Below are positions 53,303 through 63,739 of a stretch of DNA of 64,000 nucleotides, in pieces. The notes below the pieces were generated by a model that saw only the letters and a program-made list of their open reading frames with translations, did not search any database and had not been told where the DNA came from. Source of the DNA: Desulfomonilia bacterium (GTDB taxonomy: Bacteria; Desulfobacterota; Desulfomonilia; UBA1062); contig JBEKDT010000018.1 in NCBI GenBank assembly GCA_050014195.1, positions 31,686 to 95,685 on the forward strand, given 5' to 3'. A program made the translations under genes and the position numbers. The first letter of the stretch is position 1. Each line of letters starts with the position of its first letter.

Positions 53303-53755
53303 TCACTTTCCCCTGAGAACTGCCTGGATCAAGCCATCGAGATGCTGCAGGAAGCGGGAACGATCCCGCTTTCCAAAAGGGACAGGCCCGCTGGTATTGT
53401 TCCCCATATCGCGGAGATAGGCTGACAGTTCTCTATTTGCAAGGGCATCGCCAATGGTTTCCTTGGTGAAGACACGTCCCTTGGGATCTATCACACGGGC
53501 GCCATTCTTCAGACACCGCGAAGCAAGGAGGATGTCGGCCGATACTGCGATATCGTTATCATGAATATTCTCGGTAATCCAATCGTCAGCAGCATCAAAG
53601 TGGTCCTTAACAAGGACCATCTCGGCCAATACGTCTTTCGGTATCCTTATGCCGGTGTTGGAGACAAGGTAGACCTTGAACCCGTAACGTCCGGCAACTC
53701 GAAACACCTCATCCTTCACCGGGCATGCGTCGGCATCGACATATATCTCCATCAA
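53303..53755 (-). CDS. YaiI/YqxD (UPF0178) family protein
   Basis: [23 protein letters not shown]. Confidence 0.9.
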   Translation of the reverse strand: MMEIYVDADACPVKDEVFRVAGRYGFKVYLVSNTGIRIPKDVLAEMVLVKDHFDAADDWITENIHDNDIAVSADILLASRCLKNGARVIDPKGRVFTKETIGDALANRELSAYLRDMGNNTSGPVPFGKRDRSRFLQHLDGLIQAVLRGK

Positions 53756-53976
53756 GATGCGCCCTTTTGGCTGAGGTACAAGTCTTCAACCTTTTTCCTG
53801 GCCCAGGGTGTTTTTCTTAAGAATATCAAGCTGGACTTGATCGTTGGATTATTTCTGAAACACCTGATACTGATGGTCCTTCCCATTTCATCCCAGCCAT
53901 ACCGTTCAACCAGCTCGGTAAGCATCCTTTCCAAGGTCAAGCCGTGCAGAGGATTGTTTGGTTGTTGATCAGCCAT
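53752..53976 (-). CDS. VF530/DUF2132 family small protein
   Basis: [37 protein letters not shown]. Confidence 0.88.
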   Translation of the reverse strand: MADQQPNNPLHGLTLERMLTELVERYGWDEMGRTISIRCFRNNPTIKSSLIFLRKTPWARKKVEDLYLSQKGAS

Positions 53977-54007
53977 GGATTAAGCATGAATGTAACTACG
54001 TACCGCT

Positions 54008-55849
54008 CTAACCTGAGGCCTTCTTCTTTGCTATGCTCATGCCGTGGCGCTTGCCTGCCGAGAGCTCTGTCTTGCGGAGCCTTATGGACTTGGGCGTGAC
54101 CTCCACCATCTCGTCTTCCCTGATGAACTGGAGTGCCTTCTCCAGGGTCATGGGGGTGATGGGCGAGAGTATGATGTTATCGTCCCTGCCTGCGGCCCGC
54201 ATGTTGGTGAGCTTCTTCATCTTGCAAGGGTTCACGTCGATATCGTTCTCGCGGCTGTGCTCGCCGATGATCAACCCCTCATAGATCGGATCACCGGGGA
54301 CAACGATGAGCCTGCCTCTAGGCTCCAGGCCGCTCAGTGCATAGGGTACCGCCGTACCCTTGCGGTCGGCCACGATGGAGCCGGTGAAGCGGCTGGTGAA
54401 TTCGCCTCGGAATTCTTCATAACCCAGCAGGTACGAGCTCATGATGCCTGTGCCCTTGGTGTCGGTGAGGAACTCGTCGCGATAGCCGATAAGCCCCCGT
54501 GAAGGTATGTTGAACTCGACCCGTACCCGTCCGGCGCCGTAGTTGGTAAAGTTTATCATCCTGCCCTTGCGGATGGAGAGCTTCTGGGTGACGACGCCGA
54601 GATACTCCTCGCCGCAATCGATATAGAGGTGCTCGATGGGCTCCATCACCCTGCCTTCTTGATATTCATAGATTACCTCGGGCCTGCTCACGCACATCTC
54701 GAAACCCTCGCGCCTCATGGTCTCGATGAGGATGGCGAGCTGGAACTCGCCCCTGCCCTTGATGATGAAGCCGTCTTTATCCGGGGCAACCTCCATCTTA
54801 ATAGCCACGTTGCGCAGCGTCTCCTTGACCAGGCGCTCGTAAATCCTGGTGGACTGCACATAAGTGCCCTCGGTTCCCGCCAGTGGGGAATTGTTGGCGA
54901 TGATGCGCATGGACACGGTGGGCTCATCCACAATTATCCGCTTCAATGCCTTGGGGTTCTCCTGGGTGCAGATGGTGTCGCCGATCTTCACATCATCGAT
55001 GCCTGCGAGCACCACGATATCGCCGGGCAGTGCATAATCGACCTCGCGGATGGATATGCCCTCATAGCTCTGGAGCTTAGTGACCTTGAGCGGTTTATGA
55101 ACACCCTCCGCATCGATGCAGAGCAGTGCATCGCTTGCGCTGGTCTGCCCATGAAAGACCCTGCCGATGGCAAGCCTGCCCACATAATCGGAATAATCCA
55201 GGTCCGCCACCAGCATCTGGAACGGCTCTGCCGGGTCGTATGCCGGGGCCGGGATCTCGGAGAGGATGGTGTCGAACAGGACCTTGAGGTTTTGTCCTTC
55301 TTCATCCAGAGACCCTATGGCCACCCCGTCGCGGCCTATGGCATACAAACAGGGGAAATCTATCTGCTCATCGTCGGCTCCCAGGTCGATGAAGAGGTCG
55401 TATATCTCGTTCAGGACTTCAAGAGGCCTCGCGTCCTTGCGGTCGATCTTGTTGATCACCACGATCACCTTCAGGCCTGCCTCCAGGGTCTTTTTCAGGA
55501 CGAAGCGCGTCTGGGGCAGCGGCCCTTCGGATGCATCCACCAAAAGGATCGCGCCGTCCGCCATGGAGAGCGCCCGCTCCACCTCGCCCCCGAAGTCGGC
55601 ATGGCCGGGTGTGTCGATGATGTTGATCTTGATCCCGTTCCAGATCACGGAACAGTTCTTGGCAGCAATGGTGATGCCGCGCTCGCGCTCCAACTCCAGA
55701 TTGTCCATGACCCTGGCCTGGACCTCCTGGCCTTCGCGGAAAACCCCGCTCTGCCGGAACATGGCATCCACGAGCGTGGTCTTCCCGTGGTCGACATGGG
55801 CGATAATGGCGACGTTCCTGATGTTCTCATTTTTTGCAGGCTGCTTCAT
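54008..55849 (-). CDS. typA: translational GTPase TypA/BipA
   Basis: AHVDHGKTT, ERGITI, DTPGHADF, NKID, IETMRREG, KKLTNMRA; start placed 10 nt from AGGAG. Confidence 0.96.
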   Translation of the reverse strand: MKQPAKNENIRNVAIIAHVDHGKTTLVDAMFRQSGVFREGQEVQARVMDNLELERERGITIAAKNCSVIWNGIKINIIDTPGHADFGGEVERALSMADGAILLVDASEGPLPQTRFVLKKTLEAGLKVIVVINKIDRKDARPLEVLNEIYDLFIDLGADDEQIDFPCLYAIGRDGVAIGSLDEEGQNLKVLFDTILSEIPAPAYDPAEPFQMLVADLDYSDYVGRLAIGRVFHGQTSASDALLCIDAEGVHKPLKVTKLQSYEGISIREVDYALPGDIVVLAGIDDVKIGDTICTQENPKALKRIIVDEPTVSMRIIANNSPLAGTEGTYVQSTRIYERLVKETLRNVAIKMEVAPDKDGFIIKGRGEFQLAILIETMRREGFEMCVSRPEVIYEYQEGRVMEPIEHLYIDCGEEYLGVVTQKLSIRKGRMINFTNYGAGRVRVEFNIPSRGLIGYRDEFLTDTKGTGIMSSYLLGYEEFRGEFTSRFTGSIVADRKGTAVPYALSGLEPRGRLIVVPGDPIYEGLIIGEHSRENDIDVNPCKMKKLTNMRAAGRDDNIILSPITPMTLEKALQFIREDEMVEVTPKSIRLRKTELSAGKRHGMSIAKKKASG

Positions 55850-56125
55850 GGTGTTCATTCTCCTGCCGCACACACAGGTATTATCATGCGCACCGTGCGC
55901 ATATACCAGCTTCAGCGCATTGGCAACAGAAATCTCTCAGAATCAGACCTTGATGAACATTCACTTAAGAATAGCGATGATGAAGAGTATGTTTAGAGAT
56001 ATTCAATGAAGGCATAATGCTTGTAATGGCACATAATCATCAATTTTGGTCAAACATAAATTTCTCAAGAGATACCTCCATTGAAACATTAGATGAAATA
56101 ATACAAATGGGATATAGAAGGTAAA

Positions 56126-58051
56126 ATGTTAATAAAAAGAATAGTTAGCTTATTGGTAGTCTCGGGATTGCTTTTAACTATTCTTTCTTGTGCAGGTAAA
56201 ACTCCTGCTGCACAAAAAACACCAATGGTCTTAGGGGCATCCACGGCTCTTATGAACCAATATTTTAATAACTTTCAACTCCTCGCCACCTATCGTGGAA
56301 TAGGTGCAAATTTTGCTCTTACCGTTGGTCCAGGTGCAACAGCAGGTAGTGAAAGACTCTATGCTAGCTACATCTACATAGGAAATACATTTGAGATGGC
56401 GGCAATCGATCCTGCAACAGGCGAAGTTAGATTATACCCCAATCCGATAAAGGGGGAATACGGAGCACACTGCATGGTTGCAGGACCTGATGGCAACGTG
56501 TACCTCGGTACACTACCAAATGCACATCTTGTCAAACTCGATACGAAAGCTGGAAAACTTATCGATCTCGGAAGACCTAGTGCCACTGAGGAGTATATCT
56601 GGGATGTTGCCTTTGGGTCGGATGGGAAACTGTATGGTGCAACCTATCCAAATGCCAAATTGGTTCGATATGATCCAACGTCTCGGGTTTTGGATGATCT
56701 GGGCCGTATGGACCCTGTCGAGAATTATGCTCATTATCTCGCCAGCAGTGATGCCGGATTCATGTATGTAGGTATCGGTATGGCTAAGATGAATATCGCG
56801 GCGTACGAAATCACCACGGGAAAATATCGTGAGATTCTTCCCCCACAGTTTCAGGTTTCGGGAAATGCAATGGTATATCGTGGTACTGATGGGAATGTCT
56901 ACGGTATTTCTGGCGAGCAATATTTCCGTTTAGATCATTGGATTGCCATGCCAATAGCAGTAAAGGATGCTGCCCCTCCCATGCCGAAAAATAAGTTATA
57001 TGATGGGCGCTTATTGGAGCTGCGGGGCCATACGCTGGTGATCAAAGATCCTATACACGAGCAATCGATTGAACGCGACATTGACTATGAAGGTAATGAG
57101 TTACCAGTTTTTCGAATCGGTTTTGGACCAGATGGTTTTCTTTACGGGAGCTCGATTTTACCGGCCCGGTTACTGCGCCTTGATATGACCCAGCTTCAAT
57201 TCCAGGAACTTGGTGAATTAGGAGGAGGCGAAGTCTATTCATTCTTGGAACACGAGGATAAGTTGCTGATGGCAGCATATTCCAGTCTGGCACCATTAAT
57301 GGTGTATGACCCGGTTAAACCGTTCCAGAAAGACCCTACTGCCCCAAACCCCATGTTGATAAACTTTAAGGACTCCGACGAGAATTGGCGGCCACTAGCA
57401 TTTATAAATGGGCCAGGCGGAAAGGTGTTTGTCGGTTCCATAGCGGGTTATGGAAAGTTAGGCGGACCTTTGTGCATGTGGAACGTTCAAACCAGCACAA
57501 TCGATCTATATCCGAATCTCATCCGTGACCAGAGTGTGACTACCCTTGCAGTTTGGAGAAACCTTATTACAGGTGGAACAACCATCTTCGGCGGAGGTGG
57601 CAGTCACCCTACTCAAAAAGATGCAGAGATCTTTTTGTGGAATCCCGAAACCCGAAAGCTTGAGTTTGAAGCCATACCTGTGCCTGGTGCCAGTTCCATC
57701 TATAACCTGCTTACAGCCCCAAATGGTCTTGTTTACGGGATAGCTGACCGCACGATGTTCATATTCGATCCTGCTGCACGTATCGTAACGCATAACCAAG
57801 CTTTGCCCTTTCCGGGTAAAACGATATACAATGCTATGGCTCTTGGTCCCGATGGACGGATCTGGGGGTTAGCAGAACATCCCAAGGCTGGAATATTTAC
57901 CATTGATACAACAACGAACAAGGTAACCCTAATTGCACACGCCCCAAGAGCGATTACAGGAGGATTTGCGATTAGGGGAAATTACCTTTATTTTGTTTGC
58001 GGGGCATCTTTATATCGCTACATCCTGCCTGGAAAGTACATCATCCAGTAA
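56126..58051 (+). CDS. beta-propeller repeat lipoprotein
   Basis: ILSC lipobox; repeated GPDGNVYLGT / GSDGKLYGAT / GPDGFLYG / APNGLVYG / GPDGRIWG blades. Confidence 0.8.
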   Translation: MLIKRIVSLLVVSGLLLTILSCAGKTPAAQKTPMVLGASTALMNQYFNNFQLLATYRGIGANFALTVGPGATAGSERLYASYIYIGNTFEMAAIDPATGEVRLYPNPIKGEYGAHCMVAGPDGNVYLGTLPNAHLVKLDTKAGKLIDLGRPSATEEYIWDVAFGSDGKLYGATYPNAKLVRYDPTSRVLDDLGRMDPVENYAHYLASSDAGFMYVGIGMAKMNIAAYEITTGKYREILPPQFQVSGNAMVYRGTDGNVYGISGEQYFRLDHWIAMPIAVKDAAPPMPKNKLYDGRLLELRGHTLVIKDPIHEQSIERDIDYEGNELPVFRIGFGPDGFLYGSSILPARLLRLDMTQLQFQELGELGGGEVYSFLEHEDKLLMAAYSSLAPLMVYDPVKPFQKDPTAPNPMLINFKDSDENWRPLAFINGPGGKVFVGSIAGYGKLGGPLCMWNVQTSTIDLYPNLIRDQSVTTLAVWRNLITGGTTIFGGGGSHPTQKDAEIFLWNPETRKLEFEAIPVPGASSIYNLLTAPNGLVYGIADRTMFIFDPAARIVTHNQALPFPGKTIYNAMALGPDGRIWGLAEHPKAGIFTIDTTTNKVTLIAHAPRAITGGFAIRGNYLYFVCGASLYRYILPGKYIIQ

Positions 58052-58337
58052 TCACATGTTATCCACAATGCATGAAGAGCGTTGTTATGGGGCTTGAAAA
58101 ATGAAGTCTGCTGATGTTTTTTACATAGGCAACCATCTCATTACAGAACGTTCTCTCTGAAACATAGTTGTTTTTTGTATAGAGATGATCACGACCATAC
58201 ATACCATCATGAAATCTAAACCTAACATTCCAGCCTAATAGCATTTTCTTCCCATTTATAAGAAATAATTTATTCATATTTTTATTTCGCAGAGCACTCA
58301 CCATTCATAACTCATTGTATTATATGATAATAAACGA

Positions 58338-58353
58338 TGGCATTTTCTTTGCT
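58338..58353 (+). promoter_or_regulatory. sigma-54 -24/-12 promoter
   Basis: TGGCATTTTCTTTGCT (GG-N10-GC), 39 bp before the ATG at 58392. Confidence 0.6.
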
Positions 58354-58391
58354 AATAATTTTAGATCTTATTCATTAAAAGAAGAAGTTCA

Positions 58392-58583
58392 ATGAATTGC
58401 GACATTACGATAGGAAACGAGCAACGTAGCTTCTTTCAAAGAATGTTGATTATTACTGTAATCATTATTTTATTTTTGGTAGGTTTTTGTGTAGGCACTG
58501 CAATTACATGTGTTGCCTATAGCAAGTTATCTTTTTTAAACGATGCGGATGATTATGCAGAGACCATATCAAATCTTCTTTAA
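58392..58583 (+). CDS. small single-TM hypothetical protein
   Basis: Long hydrophobic stretch; preceded by a sigma-54 promoter motif. Confidence 0.45.
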   Translation: MNCDITIGNEQRSFFQRMLIITVIIILFLVGFCVGTAITCVAYSKLSFLNDADDYAETISNLL

Positions 58584-58605
58584 GGCCCACCCTTAGATCT
58601 CCGAA

Positions 58606-58738
58606 GAGGTTGTCGAAAAACTCCAGTAAGCTCTAAAACCATCAAAACACAAGCCTCGATCAAAGATTCCCCATCGTGGGGCATTCTATGAGGTCGTTTT
58701 TTTGTCACTTTTCATCCTTTGAGTTTTTCGACACCCTC
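58606..58738. mobile_element. 133-bp MITE with IS1182/IS5-like terminal inverted repeats
   Basis: GAGGTTGTCGAAAAACTC ... GAGTTTTTCGACACCCTC (17/18 match); no ORF inside. Confidence 0.75.
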
Positions 58739-58959
58739 GATCAAGATCTCTATAGAACAGCGAATGTAATTTGAGCCTAAATATGTGGGCAGGAGATAGA
58801 GACATCATCAGTAAGGTTTATGTGTCCTATTATCACCATCCATCACCATTGATTCTCTGTTTTCCCCTGGCAGCACCAGACAGATCATCAGAATCCGGAT
58901 ATGCATATTGCCGTTTGCAATTCTTGATGCTATACACTGCTCCCTGAACCGAGGCATCC

Positions 58960-60045
58960 ATGAAGATAGGACTTGTAGGGCTTAAAAAATCAGGAAAGAC
59001 CACCACATTCAATGCGCTCACCCGCATGGATATCGCCATAGACCAGTACTCATCGGCCAAGGATGAGCCGAATGTTGCAGTCGTCCATGTGGCCGACCCA
59101 CGCATCACACGTTTAAGCGATATGTACAAACCGAAGAAGACTACCCATGCCACGCTCGAGTGCATCGACTTCGGGGGGTTCCGCTCAGAGAGCGGCAGTG
59201 AGAAAAAGGAGGTCTTCTCCGCCTCCGAGCTCGGCCTCATCAAGACTGCCGATGCCCTTGCCCTGGTGGTGAGAAACTTCCACGATCAATACATCGACAG
59301 CCTCCTGGGCGAACCTGACCCTCTTTCGGAGATCGATGGGATTGTCTCGGAGCTCATCCTGGCCGACCTCATCCTGGTGGAGACCAGACTCGAGCGGATC
59401 GAGCACCAGATAAGCAGGGGACAGAAAAACGCAGCGCTGGAGCTTGAAAAGACCGCGCTTGAGAAGGTCAGGGAATTCCTCGACAAGGGAGATCTCTCAG
59501 TAACCCCTTCCCTATCCCCTGATGAAGAAAAGGTCCTTCGCGGCTTCCGTTTCCTCACATTAAAGCCCATGCTCGTCATTCTCAACTCGGATGAAGATAC
59601 CTTCGGCCGCAACGCCGAGCTCTTGGGGCGGATCTGGAAGGACTATCGCGGCATCGAGTTTGCGGGCAGATTTGAGATGGACCTCTCCCGGCTCGATGCC
59701 CACGAGGCGGCGGAATTCATGGAGGATATGGGCATAAGCGCCTCGGCCAGGGACCGGCTTACCCTGGCGGCCTACGAGTTGCTGGGCTATATCTCGTTCT
59801 TCACCGTGGGCGCCGACGAGGTGCGCGCCTGGACCGTCCGCAGGGGCGACACGGCCCTCGATGCCGCGGCGGCCATCCACTCGGACCTGGCCCGTGGGTT
59901 CATCCGGGCCGAATGCTTCACCTACGACGACCTTATGGCCCACGGTTCCGAGAAGGCGCTCAAGGATAAAGGGCTCATCAGGCTCGAAGGTAGGACCTAC
60001 CCGGTCAAAGACGGCGACATCCTCTCCGTCAGGTTCAGTGTGTAA
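58960..60045 (+). CDS. YchF/Obg-family NTPase (divergent, DUF933 C-terminus)
   Basis: GLVGLKKSGKTT, DPRITRL, FFTVGADEVRAW, IHSDLARGFIRAE, YPVKDGD. Confidence 0.88.
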   Translation: MKIGLVGLKKSGKTTTFNALTRMDIAIDQYSSAKDEPNVAVVHVADPRITRLSDMYKPKKTTHATLECIDFGGFRSESGSEKKEVFSASELGLIKTADALALVVRNFHDQYIDSLLGEPDPLSEIDGIVSELILADLILVETRLERIEHQISRGQKNAALELEKTALEKVREFLDKGDLSVTPSLSPDEEKVLRGFRFLTLKPMLVILNSDEDTFGRNAELLGRIWKDYRGIEFAGRFEMDLSRLDAHEAAEFMEDMGISASARDRLTLAAYELLGYISFFTVGADEVRAWTVRRGDTALDAAAAIHSDLARGFIRAECFTYDDLMAHGSEKALKDKGLIRLEGRTYPVKDGDILSVRFSV

Positions 60046-60047
60046 CG

Positions 60048-60068
60048 AGTGATGAGTGAATAGTGATT
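60048..60068 (+). repeat. degenerate heptamer tandem repeat
   Basis: AGTGATG AGTGAAT AGTGATT just after the stop codon. Confidence 0.6.
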
Positions 60069-60134
60069 GGTATACTATTGCCGGAATATTGGGTATACCA
60101 GTAAAGAACATTCTCTAAATCAAGGAGCTTTCCC

Positions 60135-61820
60135 ATGAGCAATGGGCCGGAAAAGATCATCTATTCCATGATGAAGGTCAGCAAATCATACCAGAACAGG
60201 CCCGTGATTAAAGACATTTCCCTTTCCTATTTCTACGGCGCCAAGATAGGTGTCCTGGGCCTGAACGGATCGGGAAAAAGCACCCTGCTGCGCATCATGG
60301 CGGGTGTCGAGAAGGAGTATGATGGGAAATCCGTCCTTTCACCGGGATACACGCTGGGGTTCCTTGAACAGGAGCCTGTGCTCGACCCGAACAAGACCGT
60401 GAAGTCCGTTGTTGAGGAAGGCCTGCAGGCGACTGTGGATCTGGTCAAGGAATACAATTCCATCAGTGAAAAATTTGCCGAGCCCATGAGCGAGCCCGAG
60501 ATGGACAAGCTCATGGCCCGCCAGGGAGAGTTGCAGGAAAAGATCGACCATCTGGATGCCTGGGATATCGAATCGCGCCTGGACATGGCCATGGATGCCC
60601 TGCGCTGCCCTTCCGGAGACACGCCTGTCCGAGTCCTTTCCGGAGGTGAAAAGAGGCGGGTGGCCCTGTGCAGGCTCCTGCTGCAGAAGCCGGATATCCT
60701 CCTTTTGGATGAGCCGACAAACCATCTGGACGCCGAGACCGTAGCCTGGCTGGAGCATCATCTCCAGCAGTACGAAGGTACGGTCATCGCCGTCACGCAT
60801 GACCGGTATTTCCTGGACAACGTGGCCGGCTGGATCCTGGAACTTGACCGGGGATACGGCATCCCCTGGAAGGGGAACTACTCGTCATGGCTGGAGCAGA
60901 AGCAGCTGCGGCTTCAGAATGAAGAGAAAAGGGAGACGGAGCGGCAGAAGACCCTGCAACGGGAATTGGAGTGGATCCACATGTCGCCCAAGGGCCGCCA
61001 TGCTAAGGCTAAGGCGCGTATCAGCGCATACGAGACCCTCCTGAACCAGAATTTCGAGAAAGAGGACAAAGACCTTGAGATCTATATCCCGCCCGGACCC
61101 CGTCTGGGAAAGGTGGTGATCCAGGCGGAAGACCTGTCCAAGGCGTATGGCGAAAACCTGCTCTTCGGAGGGATGAACTTCTCTCTGCCTGCAGGCGGCA
61201 TTGTGGGTGTCATCGGCCCCAACGGCGCCGGCAAGACAACGCTCTTCAAGATAATAACCGATAAGGAGAAACCCGATTCCGGCGTCATCAGGATCGGGGA
61301 GACCGTGAAGCTCGCGTATGTCGAACAGGAGCGCGATACGCTTGACCCGGAGAAGACCATCTGGGAAGTGATCTCCGGCGGCCACGACATGATCGATCTC
61401 GGCAAGCAAGAGGTGAATTCCCGGGCATATGTGGCGCGCTTCAACTTCTCGGGAACGGACCAGCAGAAAAAGGTGAACACGATTTCGGGCGGCGAGCGCA
61501 ACCGCGTGCACCTGGCGTGCATGCTCAAGGAAGGCGCCAATGTGCTTCTTCTGGACGAGCCCACGAACGATCTGGACGTTAATACCATGCGCGCCCTGGA
61601 AGAGGCCCTGGAGCATTTCGGCGGCTGCGCGGTCATCATCACCCACGACCGCTGGTTTTTAGACCGCATCGCCACACACATCCTTGCCTTTGAGGGCGAC
61701 AGCTCCGTAGTGTGGTCCGAAGGCAATTATTCGGATTACGAGGCGGACAGGAAAAAGAGACTCGGCAAGGCTGCTGACCAGCCGCACCGGATCAAGTACC
61801 GGCACCTGACACGAATATAA
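60135..61820 (+). CDS. ettA: energy-dependent translational throttle ABC-F protein
   Basis: GAKIGVLGLNGSGKST, two ABC cassettes, ELDRGYGIPWKGNYSSWLEQK, PHRIKY C-terminus. Confidence 0.95.
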   Translation: MSNGPEKIIYSMMKVSKSYQNRPVIKDISLSYFYGAKIGVLGLNGSGKSTLLRIMAGVEKEYDGKSVLSPGYTLGFLEQEPVLDPNKTVKSVVEEGLQATVDLVKEYNSISEKFAEPMSEPEMDKLMARQGELQEKIDHLDAWDIESRLDMAMDALRCPSGDTPVRVLSGGEKRRVALCRLLLQKPDILLLDEPTNHLDAETVAWLEHHLQQYEGTVIAVTHDRYFLDNVAGWILELDRGYGIPWKGNYSSWLEQKQLRLQNEEKRETERQKTLQRELEWIHMSPKGRHAKAKARISAYETLLNQNFEKEDKDLEIYIPPGPRLGKVVIQAEDLSKAYGENLLFGGMNFSLPAGGIVGVIGPNGAGKTTLFKIITDKEKPDSGVIRIGETVKLAYVEQERDTLDPEKTIWEVISGGHDMIDLGKQEVNSRAYVARFNFSGTDQQKKVNTISGGERNRVHLACMLKEGANVLLLDEPTNDLDVNTMRALEEALEHFGGCAVIITHDRWFLDRIATHILAFEGDSSVVWSEGNYSDYEADRKKRLGKAADQPHRIKYRHLTRI

Positions 61821-61862
61821 TCCTGCCATTTACAGGATGAAGAGATACCGGAGGGGAAATCC

Positions 61863-62438
61863 ATGAAAGTGATCGCATTCAACGGGAGTGCACGAAGAGA
61901 TGGAAATACGGCCATCCTTGTGAAGCATGTGTTCACAGAGCTTGAAAAACACGGCATTGAGACGGAACTGGTCCAGCTGGCCCGCAAAGACATCCGGGGC
62001 TGCATAGTCTGCTACAAGTGTTTTACCAACCAGGACAAACAATGCTCGGTAAAGAACGACTCGGTCAACGAATGTATCCGAAAGATGCTTGATGCCGATG
62101 GGATCATCCTGGCATCACCCACATACTTCACCGATGTGACAACCGAGATGAAGGCCCTCATCGACAGGGCGGGTATGGTGGCCAAGGCCAACGGCGATAT
62201 GTTCAGGCGCAAGGTGGGAGCTGCTGTTGTGGCTGTCCGGAGGGGCGGTGCCATCCATACGTTCGACACCATCAACCACTTTTTCTTCATCAGCCAGATG
62301 ATCGTGCCGGGTTCAAACTACTGGAATGTGGGTATCGGCATGGAGCCCGGCGAGGTGGAAAAGGATATTGAAGGAATCGCCACCATGAAGATCCTCGGTG
62401 AGAACATGGCGTGGCTTCTGAAGAAACTCCATGCATAA
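61863..62438 (+). CDS. iron-sulfur flavoprotein (Isf)/flavodoxin-like protein
   Basis: NGSARRDGNT, CIVCYKC..C, SPTYF, RRGG. Confidence 0.88.
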   Translation: MKVIAFNGSARRDGNTAILVKHVFTELEKHGIETELVQLARKDIRGCIVCYKCFTNQDKQCSVKNDSVNECIRKMLDADGIILASPTYFTDVTTEMKALIDRAGMVAKANGDMFRRKVGAAVVAVRRGGAIHTFDTINHFFFISQMIVPGSNYWNVGIGMEPGEVEKDIEGIATMKILGENMAWLLKKLHA

Positions 62439-62441
62439 GGG

Positions 62442-62780
62442 GTGAGACACGATATAGGGAAACCGATGACGATGCAGCGTGAACAGCAACTGAGAGAGAA
62501 GCTCACAGGGGAGATAGGCGTGTCCTCCTGGAAAGGACTGATCCCGGATATGCTCACCAAATCGCTCTTCCTCGTGGCATCGGATCTCGACTTGGTGGAG
62601 GTGGGTGTTCATGTGGCCCTTGACCACACCAGTGAAGTAAAGAAATGGCTGGACACCGGCCGCCTGATGAGACCGACCAAAGAGCAGATTGCAGATTGGG
62701 AGACCTTCGGTTCTCTGTTCCGGTTCATCATCGTGGCGCCGTTTGTCTTCTTTCAGGAATATGACGAACCTGTCAGCTGA
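62442..62780 (+). CDS. DUF2288 family protein
   Basis: W..L.P, LDLVEVG..A.D..V..W..G.L, IVAPFV..QE. Confidence 0.75.
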   Translation: MRHDIGKPMTMQREQQLREKLTGEIGVSSWKGLIPDMLTKSLFLVASDLDLVEVGVHVALDHTSEVKKWLDTGRLMRPTKEQIADWETFGSLFRFIIVAPFVFFQEYDEPVS

Positions 62781-62896
62781 ATCATACGCCAAGGGGTCAT
62801 ATCTTCCCCATGGACTTCTTCCCTCGGATGAAATGTTCAAAAAAGATATGCCCTGCATGAGATGTGCATGAGTCATACAGCAATGGAGATGAACAG

Positions 62897-63739
62897 GTGA
62901 CACCGCACATCATCGGGGTTATCTTCGCCATCATGTCGGCATCGGCATGGGGCACCGGGGACTTCAGCGGCGGCATAGCCACAAGGTCGCGGAGTCAATT
63001 CCAGGTCCTCTTCCTCGTTTCGATCTATGGGATTATCATCCTGGCGGCCTTGGGTCTTCTCACCGGGGAATCCCTGCCATCTTCCAGGGATGTGTCATGG
63101 GCTTTGATCGCAGGCCTGACCGGTTCTTTCGGCATCGCCGCCCTCTACAAGGGTCTTTCGCTGGGAAATGCCGTCGCTGTAGCCCCCACTGCAGCGGTCA
63201 TCGGCGCCGGGCTTCCCGTGGTATTCAACTGCCTTTCCATGGGTCCTCCCGGCTCAGTTCAGGTGCTTGGCTTCATCTTTGCGATCTTCGGCATCTGGAT
63301 CGTGTCGCGCCAGCCCGACGGCCACAGGCATGCAAGCTCTCAGGAGCTTATCCTTTCGATAATCGCAGGTATAGGCTTTGGCGGGTTTTTCATCATGATC
63401 GCCCAGGTAAATAAGGGGCTGGTGTTCTTCCCCCTGGTCCTCTCGAAGGCCGCAGCGATCATCCTTGCCGCCACAATTCTCTCTTTAAGGCGTGAACGGT
63501 TTCCGTCGCCGGGCCGAAACCCCATGGCTGCTATCGCCGGTCTGTTCGATGCGGGGGGGAATGTCTTTTTCATGCTGGCAAAGCAGTTTACCAGACTTGA
63601 TGTGGCCGCCGTACTCGCGTCCATGTACCCGGCAGTAACTGTGATCCTGGCCTGGTGGATCCTTAAGGAGAAGGTGTCATCCTCTCAATGGTGGGGGGTT
63701 TCCCTGTGTGTGATGGCCATAACGCTCATCGGGATATGA
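62897..63739 (+). CDS. EamA/DMT family transporter
   Basis: About 10 TM helices; WGTGDFSGG, ASMYPAVTV..ILKEK; GTG start after GGAG. Confidence 0.88.
   Translation: MTPHIIGVIFAIMSASAWGTGDFSGGIATRSRSQFQVLFLVSIYGIIILAALGLLTGESLPSSRDVSWALIAGLTGSFGIAALYKGLSLGNAVAVAPTAAVIGAGLPVVFNCLSMGPPGSVQVLGFIFAIFGIWIVSRQPDGHRHASSQELILSIIAGIGFGGFFIMIAQVNKGLVFFPLVLSKAAAIILAATILSLRRERFPSPGRNPMAAIAGLFDAGGNVFFMLAKQFTRLDVAAVLASMYPAVTVILAWWILKEKVSSSQWWGVSLCVMAITLIGI

Noticed and set aside
54629-55996. Long antisense ORFs (455 aa here; also 736-1917, 34063-35259, 60885-61646)
   Set aside because: Shadows of GC-rich, well-supported genes on the opposite strand; no recognisable motifs.
56009-56045. Sigma-54-like AGGCATAATGCTTGT upstream of the propeller lipoprotein
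   Set aside because: The -12 element reads GT rather than GC; ambiguous.
58059-58304. 81-aa minus-strand ORF and similar short intergenic ORFs (50458-50682, 48517-48753, 63688-63891)
   Set aside because: No RBS or motif support; 50458-50682 simply spans the attC-0 hairpin.
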